A stretch of 64,000 nt of DNA from Phoronis australis (taxonomy: Eukaryota > Animalia > Phoronida), in NCBI GenBank assembly GCA_002633005.1, contig NMRA01000615.1:183176-247175 (forward strand), written 5' to 3'. The translations under genes and the position numbers were made by a program. Under the pieces are notes generated by a model that was not told the origin of the DNA, made no database searches, and was given only the letters and a program-made list of their open reading frames with translations. Of the stretch, positions 26,101 to 38,554 are shown piece by piece (positions within the stretch are counted from its first letter, which is position 1; each line of letters starts with the position of its first letter).

Positions 26101-29100
26101 GCTTTTGTAACTTCAGAGTTCCAAGTTTATGTTCTTTCTCGAAATTGGGCAAACAATTTATTTTCTATTATGATGCCCGACAGCACCTTTCCTTTTTGGG
26201 TGGATTCGACGTATTCTGCACCAACTAGTGGCTATTTTAGTTGTTTCTAGCCTGTTTTTTTATCATTTGCTTCTGTATCTGCCATACCGTGCTCATTGTG
26301 TTTTCGTTAGATTCTTGCGTCTAGGTAACGCAGCCCAGGTTTAGTGTTGTGTATTCAGTGCCCGTTTGCTGGTAGTCATTGAACTGTGATGCGTTGATGC
26401 AATGTTGAAAATTGGATTTTATCAACACGAAAATAATTTTCATGAAGTTTTTGACTGAGAAGAGGTGGAAAGACTATCTTTAAGAAGTTCAGAAGACAGA
26501 GAGCTAGTTCAGAGTTCAATGTGTGCGTGTGAAACACGTTTTCCCCTCAGTTGAGTTTTACTAATTAAGATTCGCATTGTTGAGAGACTACTTGTGAAAA
26601 GCTTTGGAATCAAATCCAACTAACCAAGTTTGCAAACGACGACCTGTTATTAACTCTTGCGTTTAATCATTGATTGAGCAAATAAGTCATGTTCATTATA
26701 ACTGTCAAGTTCCATTTAGCCCGAGAACTCAGCTGTTATAAAAACTGCAATGCTCTGGAAATCGATATTATATTTAATGCCTTATTCTATCTTCCAATAA
26801 GTTGTCATTGATAGTACCAGTACAACCCGGTCAGTTCTGTAACTAAAAGAAAGAAACTGAAGGCAAAATGAGGCGTGCGTAATCTTTCAGTTTTCGGTAG
26901 ACGGTATGCGTGCGCCCTGTGCACTCATTTTGGAAAAAAGTTACACGTAGATTTTTTTTCTCAACTCAGAATATCTTATCCGTCTTTTCGTTTTATCAGA
27001 GACGACTCTGTGATGGTGGTGCTCGCAGTAGTTGAAAGATATTCATCGACTTGCAGAAGGCAGTTGACACTGCTCGCCTCTACGCGGTCTCACTGCAGAC
27101 GACGGGCGCGGAAAATAAACCTTTTACTGCCCGATACGTAGCAACACGGGAATCAAGCAGGACCGTGACCTTTCCTTTTATTAGGCAATATGAAAAACAT
27201 ATACATTGCATATTTGATAATTGAAGCTATTCTTTTTCACATCAGTGCCTTACTATACAGCATCGATATACAGTATACTTTGACATTGAACTTTCACGTT
27301 TGTAGCCATGGCTAATCAGCAACAGCCAAAGCAATGGATGCCTAAACCAACTGTTATCAATTGTCCCCCGGGGCTCGAGAACTTGACACAACTGGATGAG
27401 ATCGTGATCTCACAGCTTATCGATATGGTAGAAGGTAAGTCGAATCAGTATTTTGAAGTCTTCCAAAATCCCTTTCATTCCAGTGCATCTAAATTTGATA
27501 CAAACATAGCATTTTCAACTCCTTTTCCGGTTTACACTACTGAGAAACGTTTCCTGTCTAATAATTTTGGATTTAATCTCGTAGGAATTGATCCAACTCC
27601 TATTTATATATATTTGCTTCATTTATTTTCCCTAAAAGATAATTGACACTCATTTGCTTTTCTCAAAAAGATCTCTACGACCTTTGACCTTTTGACATTC
27701 CCAACTACGTACAGCTTAAACGTCGATAACGCAAAATTATCGTGTTCGATGGCTTGCGATAAGTAAACTACAACAACTAGATCTTTGAACTGTCTTGTCA
27801 ATCAATTCGACCCGGCCGCTGGGGTCTACCAATTTCGTTCTTTGAGCATAAACTGAAATATTTAATGTCACCGTATGCTGGGCATTCTAGCACGGATGGG
27901 GCAAAGTACTATTAGTTTCAGCATTTACTAGAAGAAAAATCTGGCATTTTATTGTCGAGACCCTTGTAGCGCAATCAACTACTATAAAAATCGTACAATT
28001 TGTGATTGCGTGGTGAAAAATCTCACGTTTTTAATCCTCAACGATTTTAAGAAACAATTAAGAGACATTATCGCGTGCCCATTTCACAAGAAATCAATAT
28101 TTTTTCCGGTACCTAAGCATGCCCGTCTTCTTATTCCGAAAGTTTGATGGAGGTGTGTTATATTTTCTCTGCGTAGTTCCTTGGGAATCACATATTAGTA
28201 GGATTTTCGCCGACTAAGCTGTCGTTCGTTGATATTCATATTAAAGTAAAAGTCTATTTTCACTGTAGACATTATGCTATCTGCTTCTAGTTATGACGAA
28301 CATCCAAGTACCGAATAAATACGAAATTAAGAACCCTCAAGAACAGCTGTTGTTCTATGCTGCTGAAGGTAAGCTACACTTAGGGCTCACGTACTCAAGG
28401 GTAGTTTCAACTAAAATGTCTACAGTTTTAAAGAAGCATAATCATTGAAAATTAAGCATATGCGTTAAACTATGTTCTCCAAAAAATGACAAGTTGTATA
28501 AGATGTGTGTGTAGCTCCATCTTTGTGATCTTATCGACAGTTCTATTGAAGGTGAATTAAAACGTCGGATTTTTTTCTTGGACAGATTCCTTATGAACGA
28601 TGGTGCCTTTATCAAATAAATTCGTTACTAAAGAATTACTTTCTTGGCAGGATTATCTGCTACGTGGTGTTTAGGCTTTGCGAAAGGTGGCAGTTTTTGG
28701 AAATAACTCTCTAAATATAGGTGTTGTCAGTTACTCCCCTTCCCCCGTCAAAAGTAGTCGAGTCATTCAGAGGGGAATTTTTGGCTTGAACAACACATTA
28801 CACTAGTGTTTCGATCAGTTTCAAAATACGTATCCTACACAAAGAGTACCCCTTCGTTTCGTTGGGCGCCGGTCGGTAATGTCAAAGCATTTTTCAGAAT
28901 CCGATAACTCCCAACGCCAGTGTTGTAACCAAGCTCGGGGGTTTACCATGAGAATCACCGACAGCATGAACCAGGTTGGTAATATATTTTGATCGTCTTC
29001 GTCACCGGTAAGGTTGGGCCCTGTCGTCATCGTCATCAACCTTACGTCATGTGAGATAACTACGTGCATCGACCCAGCACCGTATTTTTATCATCGCTTG

Positions 29101-32100
29101 TTGTCGCCATTTTTGCCGTATAACCACAGTGACCATCATCATCATTGACGCCGCCCTTGTAATCTGGGGCGCTTCCATGGCGTCGCAAAAGAAGGCGTTG
29201 CGTACCAGTTATATTTATTTAATATAGACAGTTTGAATGTTAATTTGCAACTTGTGTCTGTGCCCTTGTCTAGGAATTGACCAATGTTGCATGATGGGAA
29301 ATTTACTCGTACGCAGGCAATTTTCAAGTCAAATCTCGAGTAAAAAAATTACTTATTGCAGAACCTGATGGCGGATATATGACGAAGTGTTATTAGTCCT
29401 AGCCGCGCACCCAGCCTTTAACATGGGGTTCGAATCTCTGACAAAGTGAACCTTTTGCTACAAAAAAGCGGGAGAACTAAAAAAACGTGGTACCACCTTC
29501 AAGTCTGTGACCTGTGGGTCTGCGCCTTGTTAGTGGACTTTTGTCTCGTTTTCTCTGACTTTTTGTTTCTCTGAAGCTGACCTTTTTACTCACTTTGCCA
29601 AATGGGGGCGCGCATGTAGAAGTACTGCCTCATTTGAAATAATCACCATTCATCTTCAGGATGTGATCCAGGGCTTTCGAAGCTTCAGGCCCTGCGCGTG
29701 CTCACCTCTGTGCTGCCAGTGTTGCGCCTGTTGCGAGTGCTGCTCCAACGATATCACGATAGAATCTCCACCAGGTCAGGTTGTCGGATATGTGCGACAA
29801 ATGTAAGTCAATTACAGCTAAGTATGCAAATAATTGAAATGCAATGTGGGGCGCTGCTGTCGCTTTTCAAATGCACTGTTGGGCTGTCGGGTCGTAAATC
29901 TGTTGACTCTTGATATAATTTCTGGAAGCTCAACTGGCATTTGCATTTGCTTATTGGGTTTTGAACTTTAAACTTAAATATGATCGGATGGCGCGTGCCT
30001 CGATCATATTGCGCACAGTTACAAAGTCTTGCTGATATTTGTATTGGTGTGATGCAGTTGGGGGATCACTTTCAAACTTTCATCTTTATTTAATGGCTGC
30101 TCCGTCTTTCTCACTCCAAAGCTTGTATCAGTGAACCTGAACATTCAATACTGTTGTTTGTGGTCATTTTTGCCTGACCGCCTCCAAGTTACCTCTTTGA
30201 TGTCAACGGATTTACAAGTAGACAACCGCCCCAAAACGCACACTTCAGCAGTGTGACGTCGTAGATAAAGACAATTAGGCCATTTCCGTCAGCCAGGCCA
30301 ACTGAAATACTGTTAACAGTTCAGTAGTACTGCTAGATATACTATCAAACAGGCTTCATGAGCCTTCTCAAATTCTCTAAAAAGTTTATGCATTAGCGGT
30401 ACCTTTAGGCTCTAAATAGGCTATAGTAAGAATTTGTTTTGTAAGTTACCATACATGTTGTGTATTCTACCTCGTTCTCTTAGAGTCCACGGAGATAACG
30501 AGACATACACAATGCTTTACTTTCAGTATTTGATTTGCTATACAAGTATAACTGAAAATTCCTGCTGTCGTTTACCGTAGACCCAGTTGCGGCCAACCGA
30601 AGTACAAGATTCTGGACGCTCAGGAGCAGACGGTGCTGACTTGTGTGGGAGCGGCGCCATTTTGCGTGGGGCCTGGTAATCCGGTGGACATAGATTTCTT
30701 TGTAAGTCACTCAGTTTTCTAAGCGCTGATCACCAATGGTATAATGTAGGTTGAGGTTCAAATATGAAATTACTTTTGTATTTTCTGTTCTATATAACTA
30801 CGTACGAATTGTAGCCAGTGCTCTGTTGGTCTACATTATAATTTGCAGGATTGTAGTTCGCACTTTCATAGCTAATTAGGTCAAGCCGAAATCGCAAACG
30901 TTAGATTAAATCAAGTAAATGGGTACGAGATAGTCTTGTGGAAACTATGAATAAACCGTAGCCCGCTTGTTTTCATGAGAATGCTAGCTATTCAAATTTA
31001 AAAACGAAACGAAGCTGCCGTTCTACCCCAAAACACGAACAAAAAGTAATGTTTTCATGACGCTGCATAAGTGTTTGATGGCCCTGATATTAACGGTTGA
31101 CATGACAATTAAGTTCTAAACTTGGTCTTAAATTAGTCCATGGTTGGAGTCTGATTTAGAAATCTCGAGTTGCAGATCGAATGCAGGCCTACGTGTATGA
31201 GGTTCATCAACTGCTATCTTGGACAAGAAACCGATTCTCTGTTTATAACGTAATAAACTGTAGCGCTTATCAATACATGAGTACGAGGACAGAAAATGTC
31301 AAGAATACTTTGGAGCTCGAGAACGCTACAGAGATTAAATCCCGGCTTATGTAACCAGCTTGTTCTTGGCTGACAACCAGCTCGTTTTCGGGGCAAAAAA
31401 TGAACAACTCCGTGCGAATTTGGTCGCACGATCAGTAATGCTCGGATATAACGTGCCAGAATTTTGACAACCATTTTTTTCCACCGAATAACGATTATGA
31501 AACTGGTTCTCAAAATACGGGCACAATATGTCCAACTATTATCTACTGTGTAAACTGACAATGACTCTAATTATTAATACGTTTTTGCCAATTCTTTTAC
31601 ATTGGTAATATGACCTAACACTGTTATTCAACTTACTGAATTCACTCTACGCGTGAGCGGTATATCTACTTTCGAAAGACCAGGGGACGTTCTATTGCAA
31701 TTCTCTACTTTTTCGCACAAAAACTAATTGCAAAGTAACAATGTTTTTTTTTTATTTTTTTTTTTTATGTATTTATTAACAATGTTTGCATTTTCAAAGA
31801 CTAGTTACCTATCCACCCGTAACAGAAACTTGTTGTCTTATGGCATGCATACGCGGTAAACTACACTACTGAGTATAACAATTTTGATGAATCTGTATTT
31901 TTGTGGAGATGAATTTGGCAAAATTGAATTTCGCTTGTCGGCCATATTGCGTGGCAAATAAGTGAAGAATTATTTCTGTCTATTCATTTGTGCGTATTGT
32001 AGATTTACTCGGCAGACGGCGCTCATGAAGTCGGGAAGGTCACCAAGAAATTTACCAATTACTTACAAGAAGCCTTGAGCAACGCAAATACGTTTGCGTT

Positions 32101-35100
32101 GTGCGGTAAGCCTTTCAAGCGAACATGCGAGGAGACACCTCCATTCCAGCGCGCAGCTCGGGCCTGTCCGTACAAAAAAAAAATTGGCTCTCGCGCAGGC
32201 TATTCCTCCTCCCAGACTAGTTCTCGCGTCTCTTGGATATTATTCTTTGCTCGCGCATGGACCACTGTGCTCTCACACATCCTTCACTGCCTGCGAAAGC
32301 TACATGTATGCTATACCAACCTTTGCTTTCTCTCGGGACACTAAGCATAAGCTGGGCCTCTATATGCACAGCAACAGTGAAAAGTCTCTACTGATTAACA
32401 CAATCCCGCCAATTTTTGAAGGGTCTCACAACTACTGTCTTTAAAGGAGAATTCCACCCGATTTAATTAGTCTTTTTTGCCGTCTTAATCGGTCTATATC
32501 CACATCGCCTTGCATACGGTCGACCTTACCTTGCCAAGAGATGTCGCGTTAACCTGTGAGGGCGGTGAGAAACGACGCTAGCGACGTTAGTGGTTCATAT
32601 GCAGAGTGAATGCCGCTATGTTGCGGTGCATCGTTCCCGCTTGTCCGAACTAAGCAGCTGCGAGGAAAGCGGGTATATCGTTTTTTTTACTTCCTCGAGA
32701 GTCCGAAATGCTTAGGAAGTGGCTCATGGTAGTGAAGAATGAAATGTACGCTGTAAATAGCAAGTATGAGGCCTTGAAAAATCTCCGTGTCTGTGGGCTG
32801 CAGATGTCGACAGTGCCTGACGAATGTCGGCTTACCAAATAACTCCATACGTTCCGTTATCTGAGGTTATTCACGGCTCCTCTCTAGTATTTCTTCATCA
32901 CTGTATTTCTGTTCGAATTGATAGCCTGTAAAACTTAACGATCCACCAGCGAAGTCGGGACTGATGAGCTCTAGCTCGTCCTAAGTCGGGATTGCGAGTT
33001 GCCGTGCTGGCGTTTATTACTGAGCGTTCTGTTTCAAAATGAATTATTCTCACCCTAACCAATACTCGTATAAAACTGAAACAAAGTCTGTCTCATTAGA
33101 TGCAATTTGTAATGCCTTTGGAGTATTCGTGAGTGCAAATGATTTGAGAAGTCAGCAATGAATAAACCACTGCGCTACCAGCTTTAGGTGCAATGACTCG
33201 GACGGGACACGAGGCCGTGTGAGGTCATGCTAATTTAGTGTTTGCTGGCAGAAACTGTTGTGAAACAACTCGATTTCCATACCGTGTCCAGGTTTTAGGG
33301 GAATCTTTATTTACATTTACAATACTCAAATAGTGATTGTCAATGTACAACTTCTGCTCTGACTGTTCTGTGGCCAAAGAGGAACCTGAATTCGCGGCCC
33401 CCGACGAGTGAGTAGATTTGCAGTTTCGTGGCTAATTCACCAACATAATCACGTGCACATTTCTTCATTGGTTCACTAGTATAGTATTTTCTTGACTGGA
33501 AGTTTAGTTTCCACTGAACATTGGCTGGTTTATGTTCGTGATGTCTGATCAGTTTCCGAGCCACTGGCCGGGATAACGAGTCAGTCCGGCCGGCCGCGAC
33601 GGGCCTGATCGGGCTCCGAGCCACTGGGCAGGATAACAAGCGTTTTGTGTTTAGAACTGAAAAAATCACAAGTCTAAACAACACAGATCCAGGTTCTCCT
33701 GTCTGTATCTCACGGAAAATACTTCGAAATTATCTCCGAACAGACCCCAAACTCCTGCTATGGACCTTATTGGCCTACCGAACTTTGTAGGCAACGGTGT
33801 GTCCAAATACTAATAAATCCGGAAGAGCGAAATAAAACAACACGTTTTTATAAGAACTCGGTGTATTTTTGATGATTTATTGGTGTTAAACGATGAATTC
33901 ATGCGATAAACTGACACCAGTATCCCGTGTTGTGAACTGCTGAACAGGCTGCGAAAAACAAATCAAATGATAATGAATTGATGTTAAGTGCACACGTACT
34001 GTGAAAGTGCCTTTGAACTTACTTTGTACTCAGCAATATCTGTTGGTAGCCTTCTATGCCGTTAGCTTAAGTATTGGTAAAGTATCGATTTGCAACGAAA
34101 TTATATGATCTGAGTAGCCTAATATTCACCGTATTTAGAGAGAAAAATACAATTTATATTTGATTACCGTATCCGAATAATTTATTGAAAAGTGAAGCAG
34201 CGATCGAGAGTGGTTAACATAAAAAAGTTCATCAGTTCGACCAAGGAGCTTGTCCGGCCGTGAGCGGGCAAAGTGTTATCGCACACAATAGTGCAGGCCC
34301 TTGACCCGAAAACGTTTACACCTCGGATTAAAGCACCAAATTTGGCACACTAGTACCTTTTGACACGCTGAATCTCATGGGGGTCGGTTACAAGGATGAG
34401 TAGGAGGGAGGTGGTCCGTCAAGGGGCAACAGAATTTGGTGAGAAGACGCCAAAGCGATGATCCAGGAGGTGGGAATACGCGTCAGCGAGAGGGGAATAT
34501 GCGTGCACGAGAGAATTGTGTGAGCGGGCTGGCCCGAATCGTGCGCGGGCAGGGACGTCTGGTGCTCAATTTTCTGCGCCTTTGTCAGACACGAGGTACT
34601 TCTTTCACAAGTATGCCACAGTGTATGTGATACAGGGGTGATCAGTTGGAAGACCTGCAAAGATGCGTCAGTCTAGTATATTGTCACTATGGAAACCAAT
34701 TACAAAACATGTTTAACAATTAAAAGTATTTTCATGAAATAATTCTGTGTGCAGTTCTGGAGCTCCTTCCAAGAAAACTGACGTAGCTAAGACAAATTTT
34801 AAATTTCAGCCAATTTTAACTAAACATACAACTTCAATTTGTCTTTATTCCTTCCAAGAAATTGGTCTTAACTTTGACTTCAATAAGTTTTGGCTTAATT
34901 TTTGTCTTAAGTTAGACTAACTAATCGGATGTAGAGGTTTCAAAGTTTGAAAGTTGAGATAAATCTGAGACTTACATGCAGGCCGAAGTTAAAAATGAAG
35001 TTAAAGTCAGTTTCTTGGAACCGACACCTGACTAATACAAGATTGTCAACGTTATTTCCAGTTCCTAAAGATTTGGACGTTAAGACAAAGGCTGTGCTCA

Positions 35101-35644
35101 TGGGGCTTGTCTTTCTCATTGTAAGTAAAGTGTGGCTTATTTTTTTTCGCTTACGATGCCACAAACCAAGTGAAAAGGTGGCGTATGATTTCACCATTTA
35201 GTAGACTTAGGTAACAGTGTCCTTACTTCAAATTTCTACTGTTGAAAATGTGACTCGATGTATCATTGTGCACAACATTGAGTTTGTAGCGCTCAAGAAA
35301 GTGACAGCATAACCACTATACTCACAATAACAGGTAGGCCTACTTCAACTCCGTAGCTAACCACAGCGTGTTTTGACGCAGTAGGGGAAGCCCAATGGTG
35401 GGAATGTGTCACACGACATACATGTATCAGCAGCACTGCGTATTGGGAGGCGATCCATGAATGTTCTAAATGTGTGCAGGGTGGCTTTGTGAGTTCTCTA
35501 ATTTTGCCGCGAAAAGCTCGTGGAGGTATACGATATAAAGTTCTCAATCCTTCTTTGAACGTAATACGATATGCTGGCTGTATTTTCCAGGACTACATGT
35601 TTTTTCAAGTTCCTAAAACAAGAAACCAAAATCGGAGGAGGTGA
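23160..35644 (+). CDS. PLSCR: Phospholipid scramblase (PLSCR family), about 351 aa: exons 23160-23235, 24503-24646, 25213-25284, 27306-27434, 28291-28368, 28898-28974, 29660-29802, 30581-30701, 32003-32105, 35062-35120, 35591-35644
   Basis: Pro/Gly/Tyr-rich N-terminus, then WMPKPTVINCPPGLENLTQLDEIVISQLIDMVE|VMTNIQVPNKYEIKNPQEQLLFYAAE|ESDNSQRQCCNQARGFTMRITDSMNQ|DVIQGFRSFRPCACSPLCCQCCACCECCSNDITIESPPGQVVGYVRQ|...|IYSADGAHEVGKVTKKFTNYLQEALSNANTFALC|VPKDLDVKTKAVLMGLVFLI|DYMFFQ...stop. These are the scramblase motifs; 1056 nt, all GT-AG and in phase. The first three exons are less certain than the domain exons. Probable non-coding exon donor at 23017 and AATAAA at 36197. Confidence 0.92.
23390..23543 (+). 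mobile_element. Probable 5'-truncated LINE (L2/CR1-like) 3' end with (AAAT)n tail
   Basis: T-rich stretch, then GAGGACCCTCTTGGAAAGCAG...TTTAAAT, then AATAAATAAATAAATAAATAAA. Family assignment is by resemblance only. Confidence 0.45.
24987..25126. mobile_element. MITE with 5-bp TSD and an internally duplicated unit
   Basis: TIR CATGGGCGGCGCA / TGCGCCGCCCATG; perfect TSD ATGTA; the CACAGGGG...CCCACTTTTTT(C/G)AGTGCT unit occurs twice. Confidence 0.88.
25394..26300 (+). mobile_element. Probable non-autonomous Helentron/Helitron-like element with internal degenerate repeats (boundaries approximate)
   Basis: Starts TTATGCGCCC...CTGTCCATCCGGCGTCCG; recurring CTAGTGG(C/G)..TTTT and GGAT...TGAAATT motifs spaced roughly 130-270 bp apart. 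Confidence 0.45.
34200..34676 (+). mobile_element. Probable non-autonomous Helitron fragment (5' boundary approximate)
   Basis: Ends in CTAG followed by T, with an imperfect hairpin (GACCTGCA-AAGA-TGCGTC) just upstream. Confidence 0.4.
34760..35027. mobile_element. PIF/Harbinger-type MITE in scramblase intron 9
   Basis: Inverted termini ...TTCCAAGAAAACTGAC / GTCAGTTTCTTGGAA...; CTG on both flanks (CWG-type 3-bp TSD). Confidence 0.65.
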
Positions 35645-37726
35645 AAAGAAAAAAGTCGTCATTCGGTCGCCTCTCGTCTCCACCTACTCCTATGGAGTTG
35701 CCTCGGACATCGGGCATCAACATTTAATAGTGATGAGAGAAAGAAGTACAGAATGATTTCAAGCAAGCTTTGTTATTGGAAATCAAGAAACTTCACCCGA
35801 TATGTTATCTTATCTCAGGTTAACGTTTATGCTGTAAAGAAGAATTGACCTGTGACGGTGGCTGGTTACGGCCTTTGATTTTTCAAACTCTGTATTGGGT
35901 GTATCTATACAAGTCTAGCGATGGGGCCGTTTCTGTTGTGTAACATGTTATTTTCGTCACTAGTCAGTAGCTCCCTCTATAAGCGCAGTGACACTGATTT
36001 CAACAGTCCTCCGCCAGATGGAAGCTAGTCAACATAGCCGGATTTTTGGGAAGAGTGCCAGTGGCCAGTTGCATGAAACAAGCCCAAGTAGGGACTCAAC
36101 AGAGTTACCTAAATCTACTGCGTATTTTTGGAATTCTGAAAATATCGATTGCTTTTTGTTGTATTATTTTCAATTTCATTTCAATTTGTTACAATCAATA
36201 AAGCTCGGTTTTTAACACACAAACAATTCCTGGTTCCCTAAGAGACAAATAGCAGCACATCACAGGTATAGGAGACCACTGATCTTTTTACAGATTTCCC
36301 CTTACACGCCTAACAGCAGAGATATATGGGACATTGCTTCCCATATCGGACAACACATACCCCTCCCAGGTTGCTCTCACCAACAAGCCAAGTGGTGATG
36401 CACACTTTAACAGCAAGTAACTCTATTGTATGGAAGTGGCCCCCTTTCAGTGAAATCTCCCCTGCAGAGGTTGGTTAGTTTTGACCCAGTTTCTGGGACT
36501 TCCCAGTACTCTCATTCACCAGACGTCTTCACTGGTTATCGTAAAAAGGTCAATATTTGCTGGTGTCTATACATAACACCACTGACAACATTAAAGTGAT
36601 GTTATGTCTCCAGTCAAAAAATCTTCAAACTTACGGGAATGCTACGTTTCATACAAAAATAAATTTTTAAACAATGATTCAACAACATTGTAAATATTAA
36701 TCACAGATAACAATATGAGTGAAACCATATTAATTATTTGTACCACACTACATACTGGAGGTTCTAAGGCTAACCTGTGTCTACATTTAGCACCAAAGCT
36801 GAATATCATGTGTACAGATAACTATACCACTGGATACCTTCCAAGCATACTAGACACAGTAGAACTCTCATAATGACATGATAAAAATGTCTTGAATATT
36901 TTCGCAAAAAACATCCACAAGCAGTATAACTTAAAAGTGTTGGGACAAAATGACATGGAATTCCTGGTCACGAGGACTGGGCGGAAGTCAAATCCAGCAG
37001 TCTTCCCTCGTCACTAAGAATGAACGGAAATGAACAGGAAAGATAGTAAAGTGGCTAAGCCCTTCTGTAACTAGAATTTAGCCATCCTAATAGTTATTGT
37101 CAACCATACTTGCTGTTTACAGAACTTTCTGTCGTAACAATAAAACGGCATTTTGCCTTGCATGGTAACAGATCTGATCCAAGGCACTTGAGCCCCTTCA
37201 GTTAATTTGTGTTTTGGCAAGAGTGGTATTAACCACATAACTTTCATTACATGATCGCAGGGCAACCAAAGAACCTCCAAGTAGAAATGAATCATTAATA
37301 ATTATCAGTTATTAATTATGTCAATTTCAAATTTTTACACATGCACACAAGCGCAATAATCAACCATGATGCTAAAGCTCACTAGAACTATTTTCAAGCT
37401 ACTCTAAGTACAGTGGCTGATTTAGATGGGGGCCATTCCCCCTCCAAACAAACTTGTAACTAAACTTGACTACAAAATAATTAGGAATCTAACTTTCTAA
37501 CAATAAATTAGAAAGAATTTCCTGTGTTTTTAGATTAACTATATTTCCAGGTTAAGAACTCCACCTGGATGTATAATAAATCTGAAACATTATCAGTCAA
37601 GAACTTGATATTAATGTACATCACTGTTTGCAATTCAGTTCTCCTAAACATCGCCGATGTCTCTAAATTCCAGCTACAGTTCATAAAACCCGTTGTGGAC
37701 CCACGGTAAAAAATCCCCAGGCGAAC

Positions 37727-37918
37727 TCTCCAAAACACCCACTGGGACCAGATTCTTCACTCGAATTATGACTGGGTTGAGAAATCAGCTCCCCGGAACT
37801 CGGTTTGGTCACAATTATGTAAGATTTATTTTGGTGCATGTGACGAGTTTAAGGGAGAGAGGCTGGGGCTTTTTACTGGGGGTTTGGTATCTGATGGTCC
37901 CAGACTGGAGTTTGGAGG
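37727..37918. mobile_element. Degenerate foldback/MITE
   Basis: CTCCAAAACACCCACTGGGACCAGA is an imperfect inverted match to TCTGATGGTCCCAGACTGGAGTTTGGAG. Confidence 0.45.
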
Positions 37919-38312
37919 ATTGTACTAGGAATTTAGAGCCATGGTTCCAGAACTGTTTCAACACTTCGAAATGCCGTAACTTTTATGCACAACAAATCAT
38001 ATATATGTTTGCCAAAGTTAAGCCACATTTATTTAGTTTTAAAAATAAACTGGACAACATTGAAATTAGATAGTTTCGATGCACAAAACCCTGACTTATT
38101 ATCCAGGACAAAACCTGTTTCAATTCTAGCTAAATCTTGAAAAACTTGGCTCCAAACACTAAGCAACAACTGGCTTCGCATGTCTAATGACAAACAGTTA
38201 ACAGCTACTGTATGCGCGATAATATAACACTAAACCCTGACTTAACTTCAAAAAATGCTATTTTATTGCGACAAAAGTAAGAACTGACAAAAATGGCAAG
38301 GTCGTCCGAGTT

Positions 38313-38450
38313 CAGTGGCGGATTTAAGGGGGAGGGGGGCCACGCATCCCCCCCTTAAAATTTTCTCATACTCCATTTGGCAGACGAGCAAAATTCTAGC
38401 TAATACTCTGCCCTGGCCACCCCTATCTCAAAATCCTGGATCTGCCCCTG
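38313..38450. mobile_element. MITE with 5-bp TSD, in the inferred 3' UTR of the CDGSH gene
   Basis: Ends CAGTGGCGGATTTA...GGATCTGCCCCTG; perfect TSD GAGTT; reverse-orientation relative of 9524-9680. Confidence 0.88.
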
Positions 38451-38554
38451 GAGTTTGGCAGTGTCTGACAGAGTATTCAAGTATGTCTAATTAGCTTTGA
38501 AAACTACCCACAGCAACATAAAGCAAGCACACTATCGAAGACATATGCATATAA

